NCBI GenBank assembly: GCA_963829525.1
Contig: CAWHIJ010000003.1
Span: 320,001-384,000, forward strand
Direction: 5' to 3'
DNA: 64,000 nt
Origin: an uncultured Actinomycetota bacterium
GTDB taxonomy: Bacteria > Actinomycetota > Actinomycetes > JAHEKZ01
Part shown: positions 51,571 through 62,623 of the stretch, piece by piece
Numbering within the stretch: position 1 is the stretch's first letter
How the letters are laid out: every line of letters begins with the position of its first letter
Notes under the pieces: generated by a model
Told to the model about the DNA's origin: nothing
The model's input: only the letters and a program-made list of their open reading frames with translations
Databases searched by the model: none
Made by a program: the position numbers and the translations under genes

Positions 51571-52146
51571 TCAATTTGGGCTGGGTAGCTCCCTCGGGGA
51601 GTACACGAGGCGCAGAACTCCCGTCGGGAAAGCTTGTGAGCTCACAAGGTCCATTGGGTAGATCGGCTCGCCGTCGTCGAACAGTCTCATACCGGTTCGC
51701 GCTGCAACGGGGTGCACCAGCAACCGTAGTTCGTCGAGCAGCTCCGCTGCGAGTAGTTGTCGCACTACCGAGATTGACCCCGCTACCAGGATCTTGTCCA
51801 TCGTCGCTTCGCGCTTCAGCGCCGTCACGGCTTCGATCAAGTCGCCGTGCACCGCGTGCACATTTCGCCAGCCAAGATCCTGGCCCCTATGTGTGGCAAC
51901 GAGTTTGGGGGTGTCTCCAAGCTGAGCGGCGAACGTCGAGTCCTCACCTCCGGCGGCCTCGCGCTCTGGCCAAGCACCGGCGAAGCTGTCGTAGGTGACT
52001 CGTCCCAGAAGGAGGAGGTCCACGTCTTCGTAGTCCTCGCTCACCGCTGCACCCATGTTTGCGTCGAAGTATGGGGAGTGCCAGACGGGGTCTACTTCCA
52101 CCACGCCGTCAAGCGCCATGAACAACGTGGAAACGATCTTGGTCAT
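51571..52146 (-). CDS. Dihydrofolate reductase/RibD C-terminal family protein
   Basis: FMALDGV, LLLGRVTY, GSISVV, LLDELRLLVHPV. Confidence 0.88.
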   Translation of the reverse strand: MTKIVSTLFMALDGVVEVDPVWHSPYFDANMGAAVSEDYEDVDLLLLGRVTYDSFAGAWPEREAAGGEDSTFAAQLGDTPKLVATHRGQDLGWRNVHAVHGDLIEAVTALKREATMDKILVAGSISVVRQLLAAELLDELRLLVHPVAARTGMRLFDDGEPIYPMDLVSSQAFPTGVLRLVYSPRELPSPN

Positions 52147-52396
52147 CTGTTCCCCCTGGACGTACCGAGGTGTGGAGTACCGGCCCCTCAGCAATGCCGA
52201 TGGTCACAGGGTCCATGGTGTGCGGTCAATGTCCTAGCCCAGCCACCTATGCCGGCACTTGCGTTCGGCGCCATTTTTCCCGGCGGCATGACGGTGCCTG
52301 GGTATCGCATCGGGCCGCCATTGTCGACAATGGGCTAGTGCTCACTGGCCAGCTGGACGACAATGGCTCGGTGTCTCTCGCCAACGTGGAGGGCTC

Positions 52397-53212
52397 GTGA
52401 CAGCCAAATCTCCGATGAACAGGGCAGCTGCCCTCCTTGCTTTGCACACCGGCCCCGGCTTCGTGCTCCCCAATGCGTGGGACGCGGGATCCGCCCGCGT
52501 CCTCGAGCAGGTCGGCTTCCCCGCCATCGCCACCACCAGCGCCGGCATCGCCTGGTCGTGCGGAGTTCCGGACGGAGAAGCGCTGGACCGCGACACGATG
52601 CTTGACCACGTGGCGCGCATCGTGGCTGCGGTGGGTGTGCCCGTGACCGCGGACCTCGAAGCCGGGTACGGCGACACCGCGGACGCTGTCGGCATCACCG
52701 TTGCCCGGGCAGTCGAACTGGGTGCCGTTGGCGGCAACATTGAGGATTCCAGGGCTGGCGGACTGATCAGCATCGATGAGGCCGTCGACCGTCTTGCGGC
52801 CGCCCGGGCAGCCGGGCCCAGCGGCACCTTCGTGCTGAACGCCCGAACTGACACCTACTTCGTCGGTACGAGTGGTGACGCATTCGACGAGACCGTCGAA
52901 CGCGCAGTTAGGTACGTCGAAGCGGGCGCCGACTGCGTCTTCGTGCCCGGGGTCGTTGAAGAGGAGACGATCCGCCAACTCTCCGAGGCCATCCCCGGCC
53001 CGCTCAACGTGGTAGCCGGGCTTGCGAACCTCATCGATGCGCCGACACTCTTCTCGCTTGGCGTCAAACGGGTCAGCCTGGGCGGCAGTTTGGCACGCGC
53101 CACACTTAGCACGTTGGAGCGCGCCGGCCGCGAGCTGCTTGACTCCGGAACGCTCGACTTCCTCGACGGCGCGATCGGGTACGCCGATCTGCAGCGACGC
53201 TTTGGCTCGTGA
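52397..53212 (+). CDS. Isocitrate lyase/PEP mutase family protein
   Basis: PNAWDAGSA, ATTSAG, DLEAGYG, GNIED, NARTD, GADCVFVP. Confidence 0.9.
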   Translation: MTAKSPMNRAAALLALHTGPGFVLPNAWDAGSARVLEQVGFPAIATTSAGIAWSCGVPDGEALDRDTMLDHVARIVAAVGVPVTADLEAGYGDTADAVGITVARAVELGAVGGNIEDSRAGGLISIDEAVDRLAAARAAGPSGTFVLNARTDTYFVGTSGDAFDETVERAVRYVEAGADCVFVPGVVEEETIRQLSEAIPGPLNVVAGLANLIDAPTLFSLGVKRVSLGGSLARATLSTLERAGRELLDSGTLDFLDGAIGYADLQRRFGS

Positions 53213-53219
53213 TCGAGGG

Positions 53220-54038
53220 ATGAAATCCTTCGACGTTCCACAGGCCCTGATCGAGGACTTCGCTGATGTAGGCGTTGTGTGCATCAGAAAAGTGCTGGAC
53301 GCGGACGAGGTGGCTGCCGCACGGGAGTCGATCGAGCGAGTCTTGGCCACTCCGAGTTCCCTCGCGCAAGTCGCGAGCGGAGCGGATGATCCTGGCTCAT
53401 TCTTCGAGGACTTCTGCCGGTGGGGTGACGTCACCGAGATCGAGGAGCTGGCTCGGCACTCAGCTGTGCCCCAGATCGCCGGTGAGTTGATGGCCACCGC
53501 TCAGGTGAGGTTCTACCACGACCATGTTCTGGTCAAGGAAGGAAGGACGCGTCAGCGGACGCCATGGCACCAAGACCAGCCCTACTACAACGTCGATGGG
53601 CGGGGTGTTAGTGCATGGATTCCGGTAGATCCGGTTCCGAAGTCGGGGTCCTTGGAGGTCGTGGCGGGTACACACCATGGGCCCTGGCTCATGCCTCGTA
53701 CGTTCTTGACGGGTGAGGCCAAGTGGTTCCCCGAAGGCTCACTGCTCGAGATACCCGATGTGGAGGCCAACCGCGAAGCGTTCGACATTCGTCGGTTCGA
53801 GATGCAGCCGGGGGACGGTATCTTCTTTGACTTCTTGTCCATGCATGGTGCCCCCGGCTTTCCCTTCAACGGACGGCGCCGGGTGCTGTCCTTGCGCTAC
53901 CTGTCCGAGGAGGCTCGCCATGCCCCTCGCCGCTGGCGCACGTCGCCTCCCTTCGACGGGCTCCAGGACGAACTGCCAGCTGGCGCCCTCCTGGATCACC
54001 CGCTGTTCCCCATTGTCTGGTCCCGGCCTACTCCTTGA
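53220..54038 (+). CDS. Phytanoyl-CoA dioxygenase (PhyH) family 2OG/Fe(II) oxygenase
   Basis: TPWHQD (HxD), WIPVD, distal MHGA His, RRVLS. Confidence 0.88.
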   Translation: MKSFDVPQALIEDFADVGVVCIRKVLDADEVAAARESIERVLATPSSLAQVASGADDPGSFFEDFCRWGDVTEIEELARHSAVPQIAGELMATAQVRFYHDHVLVKEGRTRQRTPWHQDQPYYNVDGRGVSAWIPVDPVPKSGSLEVVAGTHHGPWLMPRTFLTGEAKWFPEGSLLEIPDVEANREAFDIRRFEMQPGDGIFFDFLSMHGAPGFPFNGRRRVLSLRYLSEEARHAPRRWRTSPPFDGLQDELPAGALLDHPLFPIVWSRPTP

Positions 54039-54119
54039 CATTTTTCGGCTCCGGCCGTGAGCGGTAAGGTCTGCACGCTGCCAGCGCCTGGCGGTTGAGC
54101 TTGAGACGGGGAAGGTGTC

Positions 54120-56382
54120 ATGGTGTCAGCGAGCGTGTGGAGGTCTTCGTGGCCTCCCATCGTGGTCACCAGCATCGCTGTGGCAGCGATCCTGGTGTTC
54201 AACGACACCTCCGTGACCGACCTGCTCCTCTTCGTCGCATACTGCGGCCTGATCGTTGCACCGCCTGGGATCTTCGTCTGGCGATCCCTGCTGCAGCAGA
54301 TCCGGGAAACTGGCAGGGGCGCGCCGACGTGGCTCGAAGACCTGTCCATGGGGACCATCGTCGGGTTTGGCCTCCAGCTCCCGGTGTACCTGGTCGGCCT
54401 CGTCATCGGTTTCCCGTATCTCGTGCTCGTGTTGCCAGTTGCCACACTCGGCGCCCTGTTGACGCCGTTCGGACGGCGCATCTGGTCGCTGCAAACAGAG
54501 CGGTTCGACTATCGCGGATCATGGGTGATCAGCGGCACGATCATTTACGCCGTCTATTGGCTAGCGAACCGCGTCTTCGTATCCAGCCCAATGAACCTCC
54601 CAGCGTCCCGGACGCCGCGTCTCGACGAGACTTTCCACCTTGCCCTGATGGGCGAGCTCAGCCACCAGTTCCCCCCACAGTTCCCCTACGTCGAGGGCAT
54701 CACTCTCGACTACCACTGGTTCGTGCATGCCCAGCTGGCAACGATGCGCTGGATCACCGGGATCGACGGCACGCTGCTCATCCGGCAACTGCTTCCCGTG
54801 ATGTTGGTGGTGCTGATCGTTACTGGGCTGGCATCAGTAGCCAAGAGACTCACCCGCCGAACAGCAGCCGCGGTAGTTGCGCCTGTGTTGCTTTTTGCTG
54901 CTGGCGGGTTCCAGCTTTACAGCACCGACTTCAGCATCCGAATCATCACCGAGCCGGTGATGTCGGCACGGTTCGTCTCCAGCCCGTCGCAGTCATACGG
55001 CGTCATGATGTCGCTGCCGGCCCTCCTGCTGATCATGGAGATCCTGCGGCCGAAGGACGCGAAACCATCCCCTCACCTGGGTCGCCCTTGCCCTCAGCCT
55101 TCTCGCGCTGTCAGGGTCGAAGGCCACGTTCATTCCGATCTTCTTGTGTGGCGCAATCGGCGTCGTGCTCTTTCGCCTACTGGTCGAGCGTCGAATCGAC
55201 CGCACCGCGTTGGCCCTCGGCACGATGCTCATCGCCACGGCGCTCTTTGCGCAGTTTGTGCTCTTCGGCGGCAACAGTGGCGCAATGGCCTTCAACCCCG
55301 GGAGGTCCGTCACCGAGGCTCTGCGCCGGCAGAGTATCGAAGCAACGACGCTCAGCCTTGTGCTCATGGCATTGGCGATGCTCATGGGCTGGTTGCTCTA
55401 CGGGGCTGGCGCTATCGGGCTGGTCAAACGGGCCAAGTGGCGTGATCCCAGAGCCCTGTGGATCTTGGCGGCGATCGCTGCCGCTCTTGCTGTACCTTTC
55501 CTGCTCTTCAGGACGGGTGCGATCCAGTACTGGTTCCAGCGCAGTGCGGCAGAGCTGATCGTGTTGCTGTCAGTCTGGGGCTTAGCCCTGCTGCTGCCCA
55601 AGCCGCTGACCCGGCAGATGGCGCTGCGCCTTTCCGGGGTCGCGGTTGCCTCTGGTCTCAGCGCGTATCTGATCACACTCTTCGTCGGCAGCAGCTACGG
55701 AAAGGACGGGACTGCCTCTCTTGCCGGCCTCATACTCGTTGTGTTCGTGCCGGTGGCCCTGACACTCGGATTCTTGATCATCCGGTTCGTCCAGCGCCGA
55801 CGGGGGAAGGCTCCCTTGCCGGTGCTCATGTTGGTGACGGTGCTGCTGGGGCTTGGATTGAACAATGTGTACATCCTTGCCGGCGACATTTTGCAGGGAG
55901 AGGAACCCGGGGGCAACAGTCAGCTCTTTCCCCCAGGCGGTGAGAATGCGGCTGCCTACATCCGGGCCAACTCCGATCCCGACGACGTCGTAGCCACGAA
56001 CATGCACTGCCTCTCGCCTGAGAATGTCCCAGGTGACGCTGCCTGCGACAACCGACACTTCTGGGCCAGCGCCTTCAGCGAACGGCGATTTGTCATCGAG
56101 GGCTGGGGTTACAACCCCGAGGCCTACGAAAACGCGACCGGAAGTGAAGGCCTCGGGGACATCAAGCCACCTAACCCCGAGCTCATCGCTCTCAACGATG
56201 CAGCTTTCAACTACCCAAGTGAGGAAACGATCGGTCGTCTCGTGGAAGACCACAGCGTGGACTGGCTGTTCGTCGGCAAGGACTGGCCAGTCGACCTGGC
56301 AGGCCTGGACGCGCTCCCCGACCTCGTGACGAAGAGGTACGAAAACGGCAACTATGTGGTGTACGAGGTGATCGACTCATGA
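54120..56382 (+). CDS. Large polytopic membrane protein, probable GT-C-fold glycosyltransferase; apparent +1 frameshift near 55070
   Basis: DETFH and YHWFVH loop motifs, many TM helices, C-terminal extracytoplasmic domain; removing one C at 55069-55072 joins ORFs 54120 and 55144. Confidence 0.65.
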
Positions 56383-57323
56383 GTTCAGCCAGCAGCTCGG
56401 CATCGGCCAAGGAGATGCGCGGAATCATCCTGGCGGGTGGCACCGGTTCGCGGCTCTACCCGATCACGCACGCCGTCAGCAAGCAGCTGATGCCCGTCTA
56501 TGACAAGCCAATGATCTACTATCCCCTCTCTACGCTCCTGCTTGCTGGCATCAGGGACATCCTCGTCATCACCACACCCCATGAGGCAGACGGTTTCGAG
56601 CGGTTGCTCGGCGATGGCAGCCAGTTTGGAATCAGCCTCACCTACGCCCAACAACCCGCGCCTGACGGCCTGGCGCAGGCATTCACGATCGGGGCTGACT
56701 TTGTCGGATCAGCCACCTCGGCGCTGGTCCTCGGAGACAACCTCTTCTACGGCCAGGGCTTGGGGCAACAGCTCGGCAGGTTCCACGACCTGAAAGGCGC
56801 GGCGATCTTCGCCTACTGGGTGGCCGATCCGCACGCCTACGGCGTCGTGGAGTTTGACGACACTGGCAAGGCGCTCTCCCTCGAGGAGAAGCCTGCTGAC
56901 CCACGAAGCAATTACGCTGTACCGGGGCTGTACTTCTACGACAACGACGTTATCGAAATCGCGCGCGGCCTCCAACCATCGGAGCGCGGCGAGTACGAGA
57001 TCACCGACGTCAACCGCGTCTATCTCGAGCGGGGTGACCTACAGGTCGTTGTGCTGCCTCGGGGCACTGCATGGCTCGACACCGGGACCTTCGAGTCACT
57101 CAATGATGCCAGCAACTTCATGCGGACCGTTGAGAGCCGGCAGGGGCTCCGCGTCGGCTCGCCCGAGGAGATCGCCTGGCGTCAGGGGTTCCTGTCCGAC
57201 GACGATCTTCGAACGCGTGCTGAGGCAATGCGCAAGAGCGGCTACGGCGAGTACTTGCTTCGGCTGCTTGAACACCCTGACCTGCCCACGATGCGGGCAA
57301 GGGCCGTACACAACGGTGGCTAA
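56379..57323 (+). CDS. rfbA: Glucose-1-phosphate thymidylyltransferase
   Basis: [41 protein letters not shown]. Confidence 0.96.
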   Translation: MSSASSSASAKEMRGIILAGGTGSRLYPITHAVSKQLMPVYDKPMIYYPLSTLLLAGIRDILVITTPHEADGFERLLGDGSQFGISLTYAQQPAPDGLAQAFTIGADFVGSATSALVLGDNLFYGQGLGQQLGRFHDLKGAAIFAYWVADPHAYGVVEFDDTGKALSLEEKPADPRSNYAVPGLYFYDNDVIEIARGLQPSERGEYEITDVNRVYLERGDLQVVVLPRGTAWLDTGTFESLNDASNFMRTVESRQGLRVGSPEEIAWRQGFLSDDDLRTRAEAMRKSGYGEYLLRLLEHPDLPTMRARAVHNGG

Positions 57324-58309
57324 CGGGCCAGGCGCGCCCGCTGCTTGAGCGGCATCCACCAGGCGGCGTTGTCGCGGTACCAGGTGACGGTGTCCTCAAG
57401 CCCCTTCGCGAAGTCGACCTGCGGCACGTAGCCGAGCTCGGCGGTGATCTTGTCGATCGCCACCGAGTAGCGAAGGTCGTGGCCCTTACGGTCCTCGACG
57501 TAGCGGACGCTGCTCCAGTCGGCCCCACACGCCTCCAGTAATCGCGCGGTGAGCTCCTTGTTGCTCATCTCGGTGCCCCCGCCGATGTTGTAGACCTCAC
57601 CACTGCGGCCACCCTGGAGGACGAGGTGGATGCCTCGGCAGTGGTCGTCGACATGAAGCCAGTCGCGGATGTTGGCGCCCTCGCCGTACAACGGAACGGT
57701 GCCGCCGGTGATGAGGTTGGTGACGAAGAGTGGGATGACCTTCTCAGGGAACTGGTACGCCCCATAGTTGTTGGAGCAGCGGGTGATGCTGACGGGCAGT
57801 CCGTGCGTGCGGAAGTATGAGCGGGCGAGCAGATCACTCGAGGCCTTGGACGCGGAGTAGGGAGAATTGGGTTCGAGTGGGTGCTCCTCGTCCCAGCTGC
57901 CCGATTCGATCGATCCGTAGACCTCATCGGTGGAGACGTGCACGAACTTGTCGATCCCGTGGTGAAGCGCCGAGTCGAGGAGTGTCTGTGTACCGACCAC
58001 GTTTGTCATGACGAAGTCGGCAGCACCGAGGATAGATCGATCGACATGGCTCTCGGCGGCAAAGTGCACGACGGCGTCAACTGTCGGCATTAGGTCGTCG
58101 ACGAGTGGGCGATCGAGAATGTCGCCCTCGACAAACGTTAGGCGAGAGTCGTCAATCACCGGGCCGAGGTTGGCCAGGTTTCCCGCGTAGGTGAGTTTGT
58201 CGAGCACGGTTACGTGATCCGGGGTCGTCAGGCCCCAGGCATCGCCTAACAGAGTGCGGATGTAGTGGCTGCCGATGAAGCCGGCGCCACCGGTCACAAG
58301 AAGCCTCAT
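57320..58309 (-). CDS. rfbB: dTDP-glucose 4,6-dehydratase
   Basis: [35 protein letters not shown]. Confidence 0.96.
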   Translation of the reverse strand: MRLLVTGGAGFIGSHYIRTLLGDAWGLTTPDHVTVLDKLTYAGNLANLGPVIDDSRLTFVEGDILDRPLVDDLMPTVDAVVHFAAESHVDRSILGAADFVMTNVVGTQTLLDSALHHGIDKFVHVSTDEVYGSIESGSWDEEHPLEPNSPYSASKASSDLLARSYFRTHGLPVSITRCSNNYGAYQFPEKVIPLFVTNLITGGTVPLYGEGANIRDWLHVDDHCRGIHLVLQGGRSGEVYNIGGGTEMSNKELTARLLEACGADWSSVRYVEDRKGHDLRYSVAIDKITAELGYVPQVDFAKGLEDTVTWYRDNAAWWMPLKQRARLAR

Positions 58310-58320
58310 AGAGATCCTTC

Positions 58321-59472
58321 TTAGCTGTGGGCCGAGAGGGCTGCGGTGAAGGAGCCAACCACGCGGTCCTGATCGTCGTTGGTGAGGTTGTTGTAAAACG
58401 GGAGTCGGAGCAGGCGACCGCTGATGTCTTCGCTTACGGGGCACTCGGTCGCGCGAGCGGCGAACCGGCGTCCGGCGTCAGAGCTGTGTAGGGGGACGTA
58501 GTGGAACGTCGGTGAGATTCCATGGGCACGCATCGCAGCCAGCACTGAGTCGCGCGTGGACCGGTCGGGAAGCAGCACATAGAACATGTGGTACGCGGGA
58601 TCGCAATGGTCGGGAATCACTGGCACGCGTAGCCCGTAGAGGTCAGCGAGGGGGTTCAGTGCCTCGACATAGCGGTCGAAGACGGCTTTGCGCTTACCCT
58701 GGATCACGGAGTACTGCTCGAGCTGCGCAACGAGGTAGGCGGCAAGGGCGTCCGACATGCCGAAGGAGGACCCGGTGTCCTTCCAGCTGTACTTGTCGAC
58801 CTGACCGAGGAAGAAGGCGCGACGGTTCGTTCCCTTGTCGTAGAGGACCCGCGCCCTGTCGACGTCTGCGGCGTCGTTGAGCAGCAGTGCGCCACCCTCG
58901 CCACACACGAAGTTCTTTGTTTCGTGGAAGCTGAGAGAGGCCATGCGACCAAGATGGCCGAGCGGTTCGCCGCGCCACCGACCGAAGAGACCGTGCGCGT
59001 TGTCTTCGATCACCGCGACATCCTGCCGATCTGCGAGCGCCTCGTTGAGACCGTCCATATCGCACGCCACGCCGGCATAGTGAACGGGGATGACCGCGCG
59101 CACTGAGTCGTCGAGCAGGTCGGCCACATGTTTGGTGTCCAGCCCGAGCGTGGTTGGTTCGATGTCGCAGAACAGGACACGCGCCCCCTGGCGGACGAAC
59201 GCGAGCGCGGTCGAGGTGAAGGTATATGAGGGAACGATCACGGTGTCTCCGGGCTGCAGGTCGAGGAGCATGCCCGACAGTTCGAGAGCAGCAGTGCACG
59301 AGGTGGTGAGGAGCACCTCCTCTGCACCGGTTGCGGTCGCGAGCATGGCCGCCGCCCGCTTGGAAAATGGTCCACCGGACGAGGTGTGGCCACTTTCGAC
59401 CGCCTGCCGGATGTACTCCAGCTCGTTGCCTTCCAGCGCAGGCCGATTGAACGGGATCGTGGGGGTGGTCAC
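58321..59472 (-). CDS. wecE: dTDP-4-amino-4,6-dideoxygalactose transaminase
   Basis: IPFNRP, SCTAALE, SFHETKN, EGGAL, KGTNR..GQVDKYSW, FHYVPLH. Confidence 0.92.
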   Translation of the reverse strand: MTTPTIPFNRPALEGNELEYIRQAVESGHTSSGGPFSKRAAAMLATATGAEEVLLTTSCTAALELSGMLLDLQPGDTVIVPSYTFTSTALAFVRQGARVLFCDIEPTTLGLDTKHVADLLDDSVRAVIPVHYAGVACDMDGLNEALADRQDVAVIEDNAHGLFGRWRGEPLGHLGRMASLSFHETKNFVCGEGGALLLNDAADVDRARVLYDKGTNRRAFFLGQVDKYSWKDTGSSFGMSDALAAYLVAQLEQYSVIQGKRKAVFDRYVEALNPLADLYGLRVPVIPDHCDPAYHMFYVLLPDRSTRDSVLAAMRAHGISPTFHYVPLHSSDAGRRFAARATECPVSEDISGRLLRLPFYNNLTNDDQDRVVGSFTAALSAHS

Positions 59473-59531
59473 TGCGGTTGGTCCTCACTCTGGCGGAGCC
59501 ACACGTGTCGGTTGAGTCTACCGGGGTGCTG

Positions 59532-60278
59532 TCATCGGCCAGCCCATGGCAGCGGACGACCCACGAGTGCTGTCAGACGTTCGTCGCTTTCGCGGAAGAA
59601 TCGGCGCAAGCGGAGCACAAGATCAGCCGGTAGCTCTGGCGTGGCCCCGTCGCTGGCGTTGACTCGTCTGCCGGGATCGACGGGTCGGAACGACGGATCG
59701 ACGCCGACCGCTCGGTACAAGCGCTCACGCGAGGCGCCCGAACCGGGATCGTCCTCGAGGAACTGGATGTGCAGAGTTTCGGGGAATGCGGAGTGCCACG
59801 GTTCGAGGTAGTCGCAATACCGGCCCCGCTCGAGGTAGGCAAACGGCGAGACAGACGTAACCGTGGGGTCCCATGTGCGCGGCCCCGCCAGGTTCTCGGT
59901 GAGCGCCTGCACGAGTGACCGATCCTCTGCCCCGTGCTTGGTGCTGAAGCGCCAGTTGGAGACGGCGCGCGCCACCGGGTCGCGTAACTGGACGATGATC
60001 ATCGCGACACCGAGCATTGCTGCGGCCCGCCGAGGTGCATCGGGGTCCTCGATGTAGCTGGTGCTCTTCTCGCCATAGACAAGCTCGTCCGTGGCATGCC
60101 CGAAGTACGTCGAGTGGTACCAGTCGACCCCTCGTTCGCTGAGCTCATCAGACAAGAACACTTTGGGCTCTGGGCGACGCGGCCTGGCCATCGTGATCTC
60201 AGGATGGTCGTCCAGCAGCTCGTAGAGAAGTGTGGTACCGCACCTCTGACCCCCTATGACGAGGAGATGACGAGTCAC
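59532..60278 (-). CDS. PAPS-dependent sulfotransferase
   Basis: 5'-PSB IGGQRCGTT, GEKSTSY, 3'-PB LRDPVARAVS. Confidence 0.85.
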   Translation of the reverse strand: MTRHLLVIGGQRCGTTLLYELLDDHPEITMARPRRPEPKVFLSDELSERGVDWYHSTYFGHATDELVYGEKSTSYIEDPDAPRRAAAMLGVAMIIVQLRDPVARAVSNWRFSTKHGAEDRSLVQALTENLAGPRTWDPTVTSVSPFAYLERGRYCDYLEPWHSAFPETLHIQFLEDDPGSGASRERLYRAVGVDPSFRPVDPGRRVNASDGATPELPADLVLRLRRFFRESDERLTALVGRPLPWAGR

Positions 60279-61273
60279 GGACCAATGCGATCTACGACGT
60301 GATACGAATCTGTGCTCGACACGGTGTTCAGTGTGCGCACAATGTACTCGCCGAGCATCGACAGCAGCATGATCGTGACGCCGTTGAAAGTGGCGGTGAG
60401 CACCACCAGCGTCGTCCATCCCGGCACCCGTGTGCCCTTGATCCAGCCTGAGACCAGGTAGAAAGCACCGAGGATGAAGCTGAGCGACGCGACGATGAAG
60501 CCGATTGCGGCGGCCACTCGCAGCGGAAAGACCGAATAGCTGAAGAGGATGGTCAGTACCAGACGAACGATGCGGAAGGTGCTGTAGGTGCTCTTACCAA
60601 CGGTGCGCTGGTCGTGGCGAACCTTAACGTGCACTGCGCTGTGCGAGTACAGCAACGACTGGCCGGTGATGTAGGGGTAGGAGGTCCGCGATGCGCAAAT
60701 CCGCTCGACCACGTCTCGCCTGATGATGCGGAAGTTCGAAACGATGAGCTCGGGTGGCTGCCCGAAGACGCGACGGTTGATCTGCCCGATCAGCTTGCTG
60801 CCGAGTCTGCGATAGCTGGTCGCCTGCTTGGTCTCGAACTCCCCGAAGACAACGTCGTGGCCCTCCATGGCCTTGGCGATCAGGATCTGCACCTGATCAG
60901 GCGGATTCTGCAGGTCGTCATCCATGGTGATTACGTAGTCACCTGTTGATTCACGAAGCCCGGCGAGGTTTGCGTTGTGCTGACCGTAGTTCTTGAGCAG
61001 CTTCAGCGCGATGACATGCCGGTTAGCCCGAGCCTTTGCTGCGATGACGTCCCAGCTGTTGTCAGGGCTGCCATCGTTGACAAGGATTAGCTCGTACGAC
61101 AGTCCCTGGGCTTCAAACGTCTCCACGATCTTGTCGACTGTGTCGCCCACGACTCCGGCGCTGTTGTAGACCGGCACCACGACAGAGAACGTGAAGTTAT
61201 GCGGGTCGAGCGGAGGGTTGGGAGCCGCTGGACCACCGTCAGGCAAGGATTTGTGGCTGTCTGACATATCCAT
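60275..61273 (-). CDS. GT2 polyprenol-phosphate glycosyltransferase (ArnC/GtrB-like)
   Basis: VVVPVYN, DGSPD, NYGQHNA, MDDDLQNPP, two C-terminal TM helices. Confidence 0.9.
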   Translation of the reverse strand: MDMSDSHKSLPDGGPAAPNPPLDPHNFTFSVVVPVYNSAGVVGDTVDKIVETFEAQGLSYELILVNDGSPDNSWDVIAAKARANRHVIALKLLKNYGQHNANLAGLRESTGDYVITMDDDLQNPPDQVQILIAKAMEGHDVVFGEFETKQATSYRRLGSKLIGQINRRVFGQPPELIVSNFRIIRRDVVERICASRTSYPYITGQSLLYSHSAVHVKVRHDQRTVGKSTYSTFRIVRLVLTILFSYSVFPLRVAAAIGFIVASLSFILGAFYLVSGWIKGTRVPGWTTLVVLTATFNGVTIMLLSMLGEYIVRTLNTVSSTDSYHVVDRIGP

Positions 61274-61331
61274 TCCGTGCGTGAGCGGCGACTGGATCGG
61301 GGCAACCCTATCGGACGCTAGGTTGGCCTTC

Positions 61332-62564
61332 GTGCGATCACGGTTCCGCGACACATCACTGCTCGCGAGTGCCTCGGTCCTCACGGGACTGCTGGCGTAC
61401 GCCTTTTTCGCACTCAGCACGCGCGCCCTGGGCGCAGAGGTGGCGGCGCCGGTGTCGGTGCTGTGGACCTACTGGAGCTTCGCATCCGCAGCTTTCACCT
61501 TTCCGCTCCAGCAATGGGTGGTGCGCTCGGTTGCTGCGCATGGAGGGGAGGGCGCTGTCCGCGCCGCCCTGCCGCGGGTTTCAGTGGTCGTACTGGCGGT
61601 CGCTGCGGTGTCCGGGGTCGGAGCTTGGTGGCTTCGGGAGGCTCTCTTCCGTTCCGACAGCCCATTGTTTCCGCTGCTTGTGGCGGTGGTGACCCTCGGC
61701 TCCGGTTTCATCGGCGTTGTTCGCGGAGGGTTGGCTGCACGACGTCGGTTCACAGCGCTGGCGGCGGCGCTGGTTGCGGAGAACGGTGTCCGAGTCGTCG
61801 CGGCCCTCGCCCTTCTCATCTCTGATGTCACCGATCCTGTTTCTTTTGGTCTTGTCCTTGCCTCTGGCGCCTGGGTGGGGTTGCTCTGGCCATCGGCTTT
61901 CAGGTTCGCCACGGGTACGGGTGACGGGGCGTCGGAGTCGGCGCTCGGGTTTCTCGGTGGAGCTTCGGGGGGTCAGCTGGCTGGACAGGCGGTGCTGACG
62001 GGCGGACCGGTGGTGCTGGCGCTCACCGGAGGGTCACCCGCCGATGTGACCATCCTGTTCGCGGCGTTGGCGCTGTTCCGCGCCCCCTACCAGGTGGCGC
62101 TGGTCGTCGTGGCACGAGTGACGGGAGGGTTGACCACTCGCTACGTCAGCGGCGATGTGGTTGCCATCCGGCGTTGGCGTCGAGGGCTGCTGACGGCCAC
62201 CCTGGTGGGAGTACCGGTGGGGGCTGCCCTGGGGGCTCTTCTGGGTCCCTCGCTGTTGCCCCTGATCTTTGGTGCTGGCGTCGAGCTATCAGCCGGCAGT
62301 TGCGCAGTGCTGGCGGCCGGTAGCACGGTGGCACTGACCAACCTGATGCTCACGGTGATGTTGATGGCACAAGGTCGTACATGGGCAGTGCTGCGTGGAT
62401 GGCTAGTAGGAATTGCGGCAGCTGCGCTTGTACTGACCCTGGTGGACTCAGCCGAGCTGACCGTTGTCAGCTGGGCATTTGTTGTGGCAGAGCTCGTCGC
62501 CTGTCTCGCGCTTGCCTCGAGCGAACTCCGCGGCGTCGCCGATAGCCTCGTGAAGCGGCGGTGA
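61332..62564 (+). CDS. Polysaccharide/lipid-linked sugar flippase (Wzx/MOP-like)
   Basis: About 12 TM segments, typical N-terminus; position in the sugar cluster. Confidence 0.75.
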   Translation: MRSRFRDTSLLASASVLTGLLAYAFFALSTRALGAEVAAPVSVLWTYWSFASAAFTFPLQQWVVRSVAAHGGEGAVRAALPRVSVVVLAVAAVSGVGAWWLREALFRSDSPLFPLLVAVVTLGSGFIGVVRGGLAARRRFTALAAALVAENGVRVVAALALLISDVTDPVSFGLVLASGAWVGLLWPSAFRFATGTGDGASESALGFLGGASGGQLAGQAVLTGGPVVLALTGGSPADVTILFAALALFRAPYQVALVVVARVTGGLTTRYVSGDVVAIRRWRRGLLTATLVGVPVGAALGALLGPSLLPLIFGAGVELSAGSCAVLAAGSTVALTNLMLTVMLMAQGRTWAVLRGWLVGIAAAALVLTLVDSAELTVVSWAFVVAELVACLALASSELRGVADSLVKRR

Positions 62565-62623
62565 TCGGGCACGGTGAGCGCCCATGGCAGCGTAGAGGCA
62601 CGTCGATGAAGGGAGTCAGCAAA

